A stretch of 64,000 nucleotides of DNA from positions 1,910-65,909 of the forward strand of contig JAGVNJ010000018.1 in NCBI GenBank assembly GCA_020053305.1, given 5' to 3'. This DNA is from Candidatus Edwardsbacteria bacterium. GTDB taxonomy: Bacteria > Edwardsbacteria > AC1 > EtOH8. Below the pieces are notes generated by a model. It did no database searches. It saw only the letters and a list, made by a program, of their open reading frames with translations, and had not been told where the DNA came from. A program made the translations under genes and the position numbers. How positions within the stretch are numbered: position 1 is the stretch's first letter; each line of letters opens with the position of its first letter. Below are positions 19,480-29,644 of this stretch, in pieces.

Positions 19480-20190
19480 ATGGGCAAAGCAGATCTACAT
19501 ATTCACACTGTTTACTCGGACGGATCTTCCTCCATCGAAGAGGTCCTGCATAAGTCCCTGGCCGAGGGGCTTGATACCATCGCCATAACCGACCACAACG
19601 AGATTGAAGGTGCGGTCAAGGCCCGGGAACTGGCCGAAAGATGGGGATTCAATATTAATGTGATAATTGGTGAGGAGATAACCACTTCGGACGGGCATGT
19701 GGTGGGCCTGTTTTTAAAAAACAGGATCCGGCCGCTATTGACCGCCGAGGCCACGGTGGATGAGATCCACCGGCAAGGCGGCCTGGCGGTGGCGGTTCAT
19801 CCCTTTTCAGTATGGCTTAAGTTGTTTAAGTGCGGCGGGGTGGGAACTCTGGTGGAACGCCTGCAGTTTGACGCCATAGAGACGGTTAACGGCTCCCTCA
19901 CCGAAGGATTTAGCAATGTCTTCACGCAAAAATTCAACTCCAAGCTCAGGCTGGCAGGTGTGGGTGGTTCCGATGCTCACACTCCGGAAGCCATCGGCCA
20001 GGGATATACGGTTTTTCCGGGAAGAGGTTCAGTCATGCTGTATTCAGCCATCAGGAACAAGACGGTGCAGGCCCAAAGCGGCCGGTCGGCCGGCAAGGCA
20101 TTATGGGACTTTCTTATGAAATACCTATGGGGCAAAATGGCCCTGTATGGACCTAAAGGCGGGGCGATTGACCAGATGGCGACCAGTTAA
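19480..20190 (+). CDS. PHP-domain metal-dependent phosphoesterase
   Basis: DLHIHTVYSDGS, AITDHN and GGSDAHT are histidinol-phosphatase-fold metal ligands. Confidence 0.75.
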   Translation: MGKADLHIHTVYSDGSSSIEEVLHKSLAEGLDTIAITDHNEIEGAVKARELAERWGFNINVIIGEEITTSDGHVVGLFLKNRIRPLLTAEATVDEIHRQGGLAVAVHPFSVWLKLFKCGGVGTLVERLQFDAIETVNGSLTEGFSNVFTQKFNSKLRLAGVGGSDAHTPEAIGQGYTVFPGRGSVMLYSAIRNKTVQAQSGRSAGKALWDFLMKYLWGKMALYGPKGGAIDQMATS

Positions 20191-20240
20191 CGCATTATTA
20201 ACTTTGCCGCAATTTATTCGTAACGCCCGAAATGTATAAT
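20187..20240 (+). promoter_or_regulatory. Pho-box-like repeats plus -10 for the porin-pst operon
   Basis: TTAACG 20187 and TTAACT 20198 are at 11-bp spacing. A degenerate GTAACG follows at 20220, then TATAAT at 20235-20240. Confidence 0.4.
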
Positions 20241-20281
20241 TGCAAAACAAAATCAAAATTAAATAAACACAGGGAGCAGAA

Positions 20282-21598
20282 ATGAACAAGGTAAAGGTGC
20301 TTGTAACCAGTCTGGCAATAGTGATGATCTGCCAGACAGCATTTGCCCAGAGATCAAGAACCGCGAAGCCAGACACTGCAGTAGTAAACCTTCAGCAGAA
20401 AATGGAGGCCCTGACTTTTCAGGTCAACTCGCTGGGCCAGGAATTAAATGCCGCCAAGGATCAACTTAACAAACAGGAACAAACCCCGGTTCAGGCTGTC
20501 GAGGAAAAGGTCTCGGCCGCCCACGACAAGCTGGCCGGAATGGAAGAGAGGATGCTGACTGCCGAGAGCGATATCGGTGGGATGAAAAAACTTAAGGTCT
20601 CCGGCTATATCCAGACCCGGTTCGAGTATATCAACCACGACAGGATCGACAGCGCCGCCGGCTTCACCGACAGCCGGACGGATTCCAGCTGGTTCTACGT
20701 CCGCCGGGGCCGGATCAAGTTCGTCTACACTCCAACATCCACTTCGCAGTATTGCATCTATCCTGACTTCTCCAAGGATAAGGTTACCCTCAAAGAGGCT
20801 TGGATAACCCTGACAGAGCCTTGGACCAAAATGAAATTCAACCTGACCATGGGCCAGATGAACTGGCCATTTGGGGTGGAGATCGAAAGGTCCTCCTCGG
20901 TGCGCGAGGTGCCTGAGAGAAGCATCATGTCCAATGCTCTGTTCAAAGGAGAGCGGGACCGGGGCGTCAAGCTAAACTTCACTCCCGTCCAGAACCTGAC
21001 CGTAGACCTGGGGGTTTACAACGGCTACGGGGTGGACAACTCCACCTTCACTTTGACTGACCCCACCAAACCCAAGGATTTTGTCGGCCGGGTGCGCTAC
21101 GACTTCGGCCTGGTAGCCCTGAGCGGGTCATGGTACGAGGGCCGGGAAAAATTCTCCACCAATAAGGACTCGGCCGATCATTACAAGGGCCGGATGGGCG
21201 GGGCCCTGGAGTTCTACCACCAGTTCCTGCCGGTGGGCGGCACCGGCCTGCTGGCCGAGGTGGTCAAGGGCGAATCGCGGGAAAAAGAGGTGATGGGTTA
21301 TTATGTAATGGGCATCCAGAACGTGGGCGAGAGGCTGGGATTTGCCCTACGGGTGGACAGCTACGATCCCAACATCTCCTCGGACACCACCGCCTTTAAC
21401 ACCACCGCTAACAGCCTGAAATACGACCAGACTACCAACATCAGCCTGGCCGTCAATTACTGGTGGGATGCCGCGGTCAGACTGACCTTGGCATTAGACC
21501 GGACCCTGTATCATACCGACATGACGATGGGGCAGGACTCCAAGTACGCCAGCTACCAGGATGACAAGATCACCATGCAGATGCAGATCAAATTCTAG
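20282..21598 (+). CDS. Outer-membrane porin, phosphate-selective porin O/P-like
   Basis: It has a signal peptide, a coiled-coil N-terminal region and beta-strand-rich alternating residues. The C-terminal ...QMQIKF ends in Phe. It lies immediately upstream of pstS. Confidence 0.6.
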   Translation: MNKVKVLVTSLAIVMICQTAFAQRSRTAKPDTAVVNLQQKMEALTFQVNSLGQELNAAKDQLNKQEQTPVQAVEEKVSAAHDKLAGMEERMLTAESDIGGMKKLKVSGYIQTRFEYINHDRIDSAAGFTDSRTDSSWFYVRRGRIKFVYTPTSTSQYCIYPDFSKDKVTLKEAWITLTEPWTKMKFNLTMGQMNWPFGVEIERSSSVREVPERSIMSNALFKGERDRGVKLNFTPVQNLTVDLGVYNGYGVDNSTFTLTDPTKPKDFVGRVRYDFGLVALSGSWYEGREKFSTNKDSADHYKGRMGGALEFYHQFLPVGGTGLLAEVVKGESREKEVMGYYVMGIQNVGERLGFALRVDSYDPNISSDTTAFNTTANSLKYDQTTNISLAVNYWWDAAVRLTLALDRTLYHTDMTMGQDSKYASYQDDKITMQMQIKF

Positions 21599-21626
21599 TA
21601 AATATTATAATTAAGGAGATATTCAG

Positions 21627-22460
21627 ATGAAATTAAAGACTATCATGTTTTGGGCATCGCTGGCGCTGGTGGTCATAATGGCCTGCAACTTTGTAATGGC
21701 CGGGAAAGCCATCACCCTCAAGGGTTCGGACACCCTGCTGATGCTGGGCCAAAGGTGGGCCGAACTGTACATGCAGAAGAACCCCGGGGTGGTGATCCAG
21801 GTGACCGGAGGCGGTTCGGGAGTGGGCATCGCTGCTCTGATCAACGGCTCCACTGACATCTGCCAGGCCTCCCGGTCGATGAAGGATTCCGAGAGGAAAA
21901 AGATCCGCGAACGTTATTTCAACCTGGGCAGCGAGATCCCGGTGGCCAAGGACGGCGTGACCCTGTATCTTAACGAAAAGAATCAGATCAGCGAACTGAC
22001 ACTGGACCAGATCAAGGATGTCTACACCGGCAAGACCACCAACTGGTCCCAGCTGGGCGGGCCGGATGCCAAAATAATAGTATACGGCCGCGAGAACAGC
22101 TCGGGCACCTACGCCTTCTTCCGGGAAGCAGCCATGAAGAACGCCGATTACACCTCCAGCATGCAGTCGCTGCCGGGAACATCGGCGGTGGTCAATGCCG
22201 TGGCAAAGGATAAATACGGAGTAGGTTTCGGCGGAGCGGCCTACGCCAAGGGGGTCAAGGAAGTGGCCATAAAGACGGCCAAAGGTTCTTTTAAACCTAC
22301 CGCTGAGACCGTCAAGAGCGGCCAGTATCCCCTGTCCCGCAACCTCTACTGGTATGTGCGGGGCAAGCCCAGCGGCGAGATCAAAAAGCTGGTGGACTGG
22401 GTGCTTTCCCCCGAGGGCCAGGAAGTGGTGAAAACGGTGGGGTACTTTACCGTAAAATAA
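21627..22460 (+). CDS. pstS: Phosphate ABC transporter substrate-binding protein
   Basis: The PstS-family fold motifs GSDTL and GGGSGVG are present, with a signal peptide. Confidence 0.85.
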   Translation: MKLKTIMFWASLALVVIMACNFVMAGKAITLKGSDTLLMLGQRWAELYMQKNPGVVIQVTGGGSGVGIAALINGSTDICQASRSMKDSERKKIRERYFNLGSEIPVAKDGVTLYLNEKNQISELTLDQIKDVYTGKTTNWSQLGGPDAKIIVYGRENSSGTYAFFREAAMKNADYTSSMQSLPGTSAVVNAVAKDKYGVGFGGAAYAKGVKEVAIKTAKGSFKPTAETVKSGQYPLSRNLYWYVRGKPSGEIKKLVDWVLSPEGQEVVKTVGYFTVK

Positions 22461-22546
22461 TATTACCGACATTTATGGGCCTGATCCAGGGGGTTTCGTG
22501 ACCAAAGAGACCCCTTGGATTTCCCATTATCAAAGGAACCAAGAAC

Positions 22547-23473
22547 ATGAGTCTTAAGAAAACGAGATTCAAATACCTCGGAGAATCTCTGATAGAGGGT
22601 AACATAAAGATCACCGCCATATTGGCCATAATCGCGGTGTTCCTGATATTTTTCTTCATTCTGCGGGAGTCGCTGCCGATATTCTTCAACGGCGAGGTGC
22701 AGCAGGAGATAACCTTCGGGAAATTCTTCCAAGGGATCCAATGGCAGCCGGTGTCGGATCATCCCCGGTTCTCGCTGTGGCCGATAATTATGGGCAGTTT
22801 AAAAGTGACCATGATCGCCCTGGTTTTCGCGGTCCCGGTTGCCATCGGGGCGGCTCTTTACAGTTCGGAATTTGCCGGGCGCCGGTTGAAGGAATTTATC
22901 AAACCGGTGGTGGAACTGCTGGCCGGCATTCCCTCGGTGGTGCTGGGTTTCTTCGCCCTGATAATCATGGCTTCGTTTCTGAAAAATATCTTCGGCTGGA
23001 CATACCGTCTCAATGCGGTCAATGCCGGGATAGCCTTGGGGTTTGCCATAATCCCGGCCATTTACTCGCTGGCCGAGGACGCTCTGAATGCAGTGCCCAA
23101 ATCGTTCCGCGAGGCGGCCCTGGGCTTGGGGGCCACCCCCTGGCAGACCGCGGTCAAAGTGGTCCTGCCGGCGGCCCTCCCCGGCGTTTCGGCGGCGGTT
23201 CTGTTCGGCATGGGGCGGGCGGTGGGGGAGACCATGGTGGTGCTGATGGCCGCCGGCAACGCCCCGCTGTTCTCCTTAAATCCATTGGAATCCACCCGAA
23301 CCATGACCGCCACCATTGCAGCCGAGCTGGGAGAGGTGGTCTTTGGCAGCGGGCATTATCATGCTCTGTTCTTCATCGGCCTGACCTTATTTACGGTAAC
23401 TTTTGTGATCAACCTGATATCCTGGGCTTTATTCGACGGCCTGATGAGCAAGCTTTATGGGGCAAAGAAATAG
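22547..23473 (+). CDS. pstC: Phosphate ABC transporter permease
   Basis: It has six TM helices and the EAA-like loop EAALGLGATPWQT. Confidence 0.85.
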   Translation: MSLKKTRFKYLGESLIEGNIKITAILAIIAVFLIFFFILRESLPIFFNGEVQQEITFGKFFQGIQWQPVSDHPRFSLWPIIMGSLKVTMIALVFAVPVAIGAALYSSEFAGRRLKEFIKPVVELLAGIPSVVLGFFALIIMASFLKNIFGWTYRLNAVNAGIALGFAIIPAIYSLAEDALNAVPKSFREAALGLGATPWQTAVKVVLPAALPGVSAAVLFGMGRAVGETMVVLMAAGNAPLFSLNPLESTRTMTATIAAELGEVVFGSGHYHALFFIGLTLFTVTFVINLISWALFDGLMSKLYGAKK

Positions 23474-23480
23474 GTGATAT

Positions 23481-24395
23481 ATGAACAGTAAGGGACACTT
23501 AAGAAAGATCAAGGATAGAATTAAAATAGGGCTGACCGGATCGGCGGTGCTGCTGATACTGGCCATCCTGGCGGTGATACTGGGTACGGTTATTATCGGC
23601 GGATACAAAAGCATCAGTTGGGAATTTCTGACCCAACCGCCCAAGGAAGGCATGACCAAGGGGGGAATTTTTCCGGCCATTTTCGGAATGGTGTTCTCCC
23701 TGCTGATGATGCTGATCGCGGTGGTGCCGGTAGGGGTGGCCACCGCGGTATATCTCCACGAGTATGCCCGGCCCGATTTTATCCTGACCAAACTGATCCG
23801 CGGAGCGGTCAACAACCTGGCCGGTGTGCCATCCATCGTGTTCGGACTTTTCGGACTGGGTTTCTTCATTCAGTTCATCGGCGGAAGCCTTGACCGGTCG
23901 CTGGGGCAGAGCGGCCTGTTCGGCCAGCCATGCATCCTGTGGGCTTCGCTGACTCTGGCCCTGATGAACTTGCCGATGATAATCGTGGCCACCGAGGAAG
24001 CATTGAGGGCGGTGCCCCAGGCAGAGCGGGCCGGTGCCCTGGCCCTGGGGGCGACCAAATGGCAGACCATACAGAACGTGGTGCTTCCCCAAGCGATCCC
24101 CGGCATACTGACCGGAGTGGTGCTGGTGGTCAGCCGGGGGGCCGGTGAGGTGGCGCCCATCATGTTCACCGGTGCAGCCTATTATCTGCCGTATCTGCCC
24201 AAGCTGCCCACCGATCAGTTCATGACCCTGGGCTACCATATATTCGTGATGACCACCCAATCGCCGGATATTGACGCCACGATGCCGATAGCCATGGGAG
24301 CCACCCTGGTACTATTGGCCCTTACCTTTTCGCTCAATATCATTGCCATAATCATAAGATCCCGCACCAGAAGCCAGCTTAGAAAGGGAAGATAA
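23481..24395 (+). CDS. pstA: Phosphate ABC transporter permease
   Basis: It is polytopic and has the loop [14 protein letters not shown]. Confidence 0.85.
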   Translation: MNSKGHLRKIKDRIKIGLTGSAVLLILAILAVILGTVIIGGYKSISWEFLTQPPKEGMTKGGIFPAIFGMVFSLLMMLIAVVPVGVATAVYLHEYARPDFILTKLIRGAVNNLAGVPSIVFGLFGLGFFIQFIGGSLDRSLGQSGLFGQPCILWASLTLALMNLPMIIVATEEALRAVPQAERAGALALGATKWQTIQNVVLPQAIPGILTGVVLVVSRGAGEVAPIMFTGAAYYLPYLPKLPTDQFMTLGYHIFVMTTQSPDIDATMPIAMGATLVLLALTFSLNIIAIIIRSRTRSQLRKGR

Positions 24396-24396
24396 T

Positions 24397-25164
24397 ATGC
24401 AGACAGGAATCAACCGTTTGGAAATAAAGGATTTCAACCTATACTATCACCGCACCAAGGCCCTGGAGGACATCTCGATGATGATCCCCGAAAAAAAGGT
24501 GACCGCCATCATCGGGCCGTCGGGCTGCGGGAAGTCCACCCTGCTACGCTCCATTAACCGGATGAACGAAATGATTGACGGCGTGACGGTAGAGGGGCAG
24601 GTCCTGCTGGATGGGGAGGACATTTATCAACAGGATATAGACGTGGTGGAGCTGAGACGCAAGGTGGGCATGGTGTTTCAGCGCCCCAACCCGTTCCCTA
24701 AATCAATATTCGAGAATGTAGCCTTCGGAGTGAGGATGGGCGATAACGTACCGGCCAAGCAAAAATTGGAAGAAGTGGTGGAGCGATCATTAAAGGAGGC
24801 CGCTATCTGGGACGAGGTAAAGGACCGGCTGCACCGTTCGGCCATGGAGCTTTCCGGTGGGCAGCAACAGCGGATATGTATCGCACGCGCCTTGGCGGTC
24901 GAGCCGGAGGTCATTCTGATGGACGAGCCGGCCTCGGCCCTGGACCCCATTGCCACTGCCAAGATCGAAGAACTTATATTCCGCCTCAAGGAAAAATATA
25001 CCATCGTCATCGTCACCCATAACATGCAACAGGCCGCCAGGGTGTCAGATTTCACCGCCTTTTTGATGCTGGGCAAACTGGTGGAATTCGGCCCTACCGA
25101 GAAGATGATGACCAATCCCGGCAGTAAGCTGACCGAAGATTATATCACCGGAAGATTCGGATGA
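24397..25164 (+). CDS. pstB: Phosphate ABC transporter ATP-binding protein
   Basis: Walker [10 protein letters not shown], signature LSGGQQQR and Walker B ILMDEP are present. Confidence 0.9.
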   Translation: MQTGINRLEIKDFNLYYHRTKALEDISMMIPEKKVTAIIGPSGCGKSTLLRSINRMNEMIDGVTVEGQVLLDGEDIYQQDIDVVELRRKVGMVFQRPNPFPKSIFENVAFGVRMGDNVPAKQKLEEVVERSLKEAAIWDEVKDRLHRSAMELSGGQQQRICIARALAVEPEVILMDEPASALDPIATAKIEELIFRLKEKYTIVIVTHNMQQAARVSDFTAFLMLGKLVEFGPTEKMMTNPGSKLTEDYITGRFG

Positions 25165-25197
25165 TATTCAATAAATAAAAGAATAAGGAGGGACATT

Positions 25198-25863
25198 ATG
25201 GAACAATCCAGGCATATCGATCGTGAGCTGGAGCAGATAAAGGAAAAACTGCTTTTGATGGCGGCCAAAGCCGAGCAGATAATCAGCCAGGCCGTGGAGT
25301 CTCTTCTGCAGAGGAATATGACCAGAGCCGAACAGATCATGGCCTCGGACAAGGAGATCGACAAATTGGAGATAGAGATAGAGAATGAGGCTATCTCACT
25401 AATAGCCCGCCATCAGCCAGTTGCCAAGGATCTGCGATTACTGATAGGCATAATAAAGATAAACAGCGATATCGAGCGCATTGGTGATCACGGAGTGAAT
25501 ATCGCTCAATGTACGTTGAAACTAGGGCAGGAGCCACCCTTGAAGCCGCTGGTAGACATACCCAGGATGGCCCAACTGGCGACCGCCATGCTCAAAGACA
25601 GCCTGGACAGTTTTGTGCATGAAGACCCGGAGAAGGCCCGCCGGGTATGCGCCAGCGATATCCAGGTAGACCAGCTTAAGGATCAGACCCTGCGGGAACT
25701 GATGACCTATATGTTCGAAAGGCCGGAAGCGATCAGCCGGGCCATGGGCCTGATACTGATCAGCCGCAACTTGGAAAGGATAGCCGACCTTTCAACCAAC
25801 ATCAGCGAAGAGGTGATATATATTTCCCAGGCCAAGGTCATCAAACACCATCAGGAAAAATGA
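25198..25863 (+). CDS. phoU: Phosphate uptake regulator
   Basis: It is 221 aa, all-helical, with two PhoU repeats (DxxxD-like ERIGDH, ERIADL). Confidence 0.85.
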   Translation: MEQSRHIDRELEQIKEKLLLMAAKAEQIISQAVESLLQRNMTRAEQIMASDKEIDKLEIEIENEAISLIARHQPVAKDLRLLIGIIKINSDIERIGDHGVNIAQCTLKLGQEPPLKPLVDIPRMAQLATAMLKDSLDSFVHEDPEKARRVCASDIQVDQLKDQTLRELMTYMFERPEAISRAMGLILISRNLERIADLSTNISEEVIYISQAKVIKHHQEK

Positions 25864-25864
25864 A

Positions 25865-26299
25865 ATGGAAAAGATAAAGGTTCTTTTCATATGCCGCCAT
25901 AATGCGGCCCGCAGCCAGATGGCGGAAGCCCTGCTGAATCACCTGGCTGGAGACCGGTTCCTGGCCGAAAGCGCCGGTCTGGAGCCGGGTCCCCTCAATC
26001 CTTATGCGGTCAAGGCAATGGCGGATATGGGCGTCGATATTTCCGGTAATAAGGTCAAAAGTGTTTTTGACAAATATTTAAAAGGCGATCTTTTTAACTA
26101 TGTGATCACTGTTTGCAATATCGAAGATCAGGAGAGATGTCCGGTCTTTCCGGGTATAACCCAGAGACTTCATTGGAACTTTCCGGATCCCTTGTCGTTT
26201 AACGGCAGTGACCGGGAAAGGCTTGAAAAGACCATCGAGATCAGGGACAGCATCAAAAAAAACATAGAGGATTTCGTCAAGTCCACCAAGATTCAATAA
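25865..26299 (+). CDS. arsC: Thioredoxin-coupled arsenate reductase (LMW-PTP fold)
   Basis: The P-loop [12 protein letters not shown] is present. The downstream Cys pair [12 protein letters not shown] matches the Cys82/Cys89 arrangement of Bacillus-type ArsC. The start overlaps the phoU stop. Confidence 0.7.
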   Translation: MEKIKVLFICRHNAARSQMAEALLNHLAGDRFLAESAGLEPGPLNPYAVKAMADMGVDISGNKVKSVFDKYLKGDLFNYVITVCNIEDQERCPVFPGITQRLHWNFPDPLSFNGSDRERLEKTIEIRDSIKKNIEDFVKSTKIQ

Positions 26300-26321
26300 T
26301 TATAAAATAGAGGAGACCGCA

Positions 26322-26495
26322 ATGAACATGCGCGATATCATTCTCAAAGTGCTGGAACAGGAAACGGACGGCTTCAAGGACGAATAGAAGCTAGCGGAAT
26401 TGGCCAAGAATGAAAATGCCCGCGAAAAACTGCTGAAAAAGAACCAGGACATTATGGATGTCGGCAATAAAATATTTTCCGAAAGTGAACGTTAA
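26322..26495 (+). pseudogene. Small ORF (57 codons) interrupted by an in-frame TAG at codon 22
   Basis: GAGGAG RBS sits 6 nt before the ATG. Both halves are in frame and helical-looking (MNMRDIILKVLEQETDGFKDE*KLAELAKNENAREKLLKKNQDIMDVGNKIFSESER). TAG is used as a normal stop elsewhere in the window. Confidence 0.3.
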
Positions 26496-26519
26496 CAAAA
26501 TAAACATCGGATGAAAAGA

Positions 26520-26555
26520 AAAGCCCCGCAATGCTGTTGCGGAGCTTTTTTTTTA
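26520..26555 (+). terminator. Rho-independent terminator ending the pst-phoU-arsC transcription unit
   Basis: CCGCAA-TGCTG-TTGCGG stem-loop followed by a T9 run. Confidence 0.7.
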
Positions 26556-26683
26556 TGGTGGACGGTACCCCGAAAATTATTGTCTCAAGGTCCGGCATCG
26601 GGGTTGTAGTAAAGTTTCGCTTTTATGGTAGGTGCCCCGATACGTATGATTATCGGGGCTTCTGTGCGATCTTGGAGCATATA

Positions 26684-26760
26684 TGGTGGGCGGTACAAGA
26701 TTCGAACTTGTGACCTCTGGTATGTGAGACCAGCGCTCTAACCAGCTGAGCTAACCGCCC
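26684..26760 (-). tRNA. tRNA-Val (anticodon CAC), CCA encoded
   Basis: It folds by hand into a cloverleaf. The acceptor is GGGCGGT/ACCGCCC, the D-arm GCTC-AGCTGGTTA-GAGC, the anticodon arm CTGGT-CTCACAT-ACCAG and the T-arm ACAAG-TTCGAAT-CTTGT. It is 77 nt. Confidence 0.8.
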
Positions 26761-27159
26761 GACTCCAAAGTTTTGCTTCTTCACCCCGATGGCTTGCGTG
26801 ATATTTATTATTTCCAATCGGGGCCGCCCGACTTATATTATTGCTCCGTCATCCCGAGTGGAATACTATGCTTCGCTTTCGAAGGACGCCCGAATTTTAT
26901 TATTGCCACATTATCCTAACAGTAAATAAGTATATCAGTAATATGCTTTTTTTTCAAGGTAATTTTAGCCAGGGAAGTTCAATTTTTCAAAAAATTGGCA
27001 AAATATGGATAATTATCATTATTGCGGTATGTAACATTATGAAACATAAGATGTTACATAACATAAAACAAATAAAAAACCTTTGCATTTTATCTATATG
27101 TTGTGGTATAATTAACCATTAAATACATCACTTTGGGTATTAGAAAACAGGGAAGTAGA

Positions 27160-28260
27160 ATGTTTATCAAGACGGTAAAAGGAAGCAATTTCAGGAATCT
27201 GTCTGCCTTTGATCTGGAATTTGCCCCGGGCAAGAATCTATTTTTAGGCATCAACGGGTCGGGCAAGACCAACCTACTGGAGGCCATCCATTACCTGTGC
27301 ATCGGGCGTTCCATGAGGAGCGTGGCCGAGGATGAACAGATGATAGGATTTACCCGGGAATGGTTCCGGCTGGAGGGCCAGGCCCAAACGACCGAGGGCG
27401 ACATCAATGTCGAGGCGGCATATAATAAGGAAGAGAAACGGCTGAAGATCAACGGCGAGCTGCAGCAAAAATTATCGGAGCTGATCGGCCGGATGCCGGT
27501 GATCAGCCTGTCTCAGGAGGACGATGACCTCTGCAAGGCCGGCCCCGGAGTGAGGCGCCGCTTCATGGACCTGGCCATCTCCCAGTTCTCCAAAACCTAT
27601 CTGGCCGACCTGCAGGATTACAACCGAATTTTGAAACAGCGGAACCATCTGCTGTATGCCATCAAGGAAGGGCGCAGCAACGCCGGCTCGCTGGAGGCCT
27701 GGAACCAGCAGCTGGTGGAATGCGGAATGAAGCTGGTCCGGAAGCGGATGGAGGTCATTGACGACCTGAAGGAGATGGCCGGCAGCCGGTACGTGGGCGT
27801 CTCCGGCGGGCGGGAGCGGCTGGGGTTGCGCTACCACCTGTCCTACAAATACGAACCGGGCCAGCCGATAGAGGAGGCCTTTGCCAAGGCCCTGGCCACC
27901 GGATTCGAATTCGAGCGCCGGCGGGGCATTACCATGTTCGGGCCGCACCGGGACGATATGGAGATATCGCTGGCCGGGATGCGCATCCGCCAGTTCGGCT
28001 CGCAGGGCCAGCAACGGACCGCGGCCATCGCCTTAAAGCTGGCGGTGGCCGAGATCATGGCCGCCCAGCTGAAGGAGAAACCGGTGATCCTGCTGGATGA
28101 GATTTTTGCCGAGCTGGACAGCCAACGGGCCGGCCTGCTGATCCGGCAGCTGGATCCGGAATGTCAGGTGTTCATCGCCTCGGCCCACGAGAATGACATC
28201 ACCCGGCAGGACGGGTTTAAGAAATTCCGGGTGGAGGATGGGCGAATTGTACAGGAATGA
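27160..28260 (+). CDS. recF: DNA replication and repair protein RecF
   Basis: The N-terminal Walker A GINGSGKTNLLEAI and the C-terminal signature/Walker B ILLDEIFAELD are present. The start is taken at MFIK (27160) rather than the track start at 27133. Confidence 0.85.
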   Translation: MFIKTVKGSNFRNLSAFDLEFAPGKNLFLGINGSGKTNLLEAIHYLCIGRSMRSVAEDEQMIGFTREWFRLEGQAQTTEGDINVEAAYNKEEKRLKINGELQQKLSELIGRMPVISLSQEDDDLCKAGPGVRRRFMDLAISQFSKTYLADLQDYNRILKQRNHLLYAIKEGRSNAGSLEAWNQQLVECGMKLVRKRMEVIDDLKEMAGSRYVGVSGGRERLGLRYHLSYKYEPGQPIEEAFAKALATGFEFERRRGITMFGPHRDDMEISLAGMRIRQFGSQGQQRTAAIALKLAVAEIMAAQLKEKPVILLDEIFAELDSQRAGLLIRQLDPECQVFIASAHENDITRQDGFKKFRVEDGRIVQE

Positions 28261-28432
28261 TGTTTTTTTGCACACTGATAAACACGGATTTTTTAACCAC
28301 AGAGCGATGTACTGAGTCCGCCTTAGGCGGATCGAAATAGCACAAAGGTCTCAAAGATCGATTGCTTTTCCGTGATAATTATTTTGGACATAATATCCCC
28401 TATCATCCGATAACCGTAACTTATACCCTATT

Positions 28433-28891
28433 ATGAAGCTAGCCACATTGTGTTATATCAAAAAAGACGGGCGGACCCTAATGATGCACCGCATCAAACG
28501 GAAGGACGACCTGCATTTCGGCAAATGGAACGGCCTGGGCGGCAAAATGCAGCCGGGGGAGACCCCCGAGGAGTGCGTCATCCGGGAGGTAAGGGAGGAA
28601 AGCGGCCTGCTGGTAAAAGATCCCCAGCTGAACGGGTTTCTCACCTTTCCCTCGTTCGACGAATGGGACGACTGGTATGTGTTCGTCTTCACCGCTCAAA
28701 GGTTCCGGGGGAAGCTGCTGGATTCGGCCGAGGGTTATTTGAAATGGGTTAAAGACGAAGAACTTTTAAAGCTGGACCTGTGGGAGGGCGACCATATCTT
28801 CCTGCCCTGGCTGGATGATAATAAGTTTTTCTCGGCCAAATTCAACTATCAGGATGGCCGGCTGAAGGACCATTCGGTTAATTTCTACTGA
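28433..28891 (+). CDS. NUDIX hydrolase
   Basis: The Nudix box GGKMQPGETPEECVIREVREESGL is present. Confidence 0.8.
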   Translation: MKLATLCYIKKDGRTLMMHRIKRKDDLHFGKWNGLGGKMQPGETPEECVIREVREESGLLVKDPQLNGFLTFPSFDEWDDWYVFVFTAQRFRGKLLDSAEGYLKWVKDEELLKLDLWEGDHIFLPWLDDNKFFSAKFNYQDGRLKDHSVNFY

Positions 28892-28896
28892 TCGCC

Positions 28897-29637
28897 ATGC
28901 AGCATTCCATCACATCGGCCAGGGCCTTTATCGAGGACAGCATCTCCCAGGACGGGTTGACCATCAAAGATGTCATGCTGGAATACCCGGCGGTGCTTTC
29001 TTTTCGATATTTATGGCATCAGGTCAAGGACCAGGCGGGCCTTCAGGAGTTCAGTCATCAGGTGCTAAAGGGCGCCTATATCCACCACGACACCCTTTTC
29101 ATCGAGAGCCGGATATCGTCGCCGGCCATGGCCATACAGGTGGAAACCCTGCTGGCCCTGGGGGTGAAAAAGATAATCTACATAGGCATCGCCGGCTCCA
29201 TATCCCCGGAGCTGAGCATCGGGGGCCTGGTGGTCTCCACCGGGGCCATCAACGAGACCGGCACCGGGATATGTTACGGGTACGACTCCCAGTCGGTGAT
29301 CCCGGCCGACAGCGAACTTACCCATCAGGTGCATGCCCGCTTAAAGGAACAGGGATTGGACCCCCGTTTAACCGTTCACTGGTCCACCGATGCGCCGTAC
29401 CAGGAGACCGAGGCCAAGGTCAAGGAATACCGCAAAATGGGGGCGGCCTGTGTGGAGATGGAGGGGGCCGGACTTTTTGCCGTGGCCAGGGCATATGCCA
29501 TCCCGGCGGCGGCGGTATTTGTGATCTCCGACGAGCTCAAGGAGACCGGGTGGATCCAGGGCTGGGGGGATCCGAGGTTCAAGCATACCATGTCGAACCT
29601 GACCGGGGCCATGATTCATCTGTCCCGCGATCTGTGA
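28897..29637 (+). CDS. Nucleoside phosphorylase-family protein (PNP_UDP_1; MTA/futalosine-nucleosidase-like)
   Basis: GIAGS...G and the ACVEMEGAGLFAVA motif are characteristic of the PNP/MTAN fold. Confidence 0.55.
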   Translation: MQHSITSARAFIEDSISQDGLTIKDVMLEYPAVLSFRYLWHQVKDQAGLQEFSHQVLKGAYIHHDTLFIESRISSPAMAIQVETLLALGVKKIIYIGIAGSISPELSIGGLVVSTGAINETGTGICYGYDSQSVIPADSELTHQVHARLKEQGLDPRLTVHWSTDAPYQETEAKVKEYRKMGAACVEMEGAGLFAVARAYAIPAAAVFVISDELKETGWIQGWGDPRFKHTMSNLTGAMIHLSRDL

Positions 29638-29644
29638 GGTAAGA

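Noticed and set aside
26841-27122. A 93-aa ORF in the AT-rich tRNA-recF spacer
   Set aside because: It has low-complexity Ile/Asn/Lys-rich translation and no RBS. Its composition is unlike real genes here.
26761-27132. The AT-rich region upstream of recF as the replication origin
   Set aside because: It contains only degenerate DnaA-box-like sequences (TTATCTATA, TGTGGTATAA). No convincing box cluster or DUE could be defined by eye.
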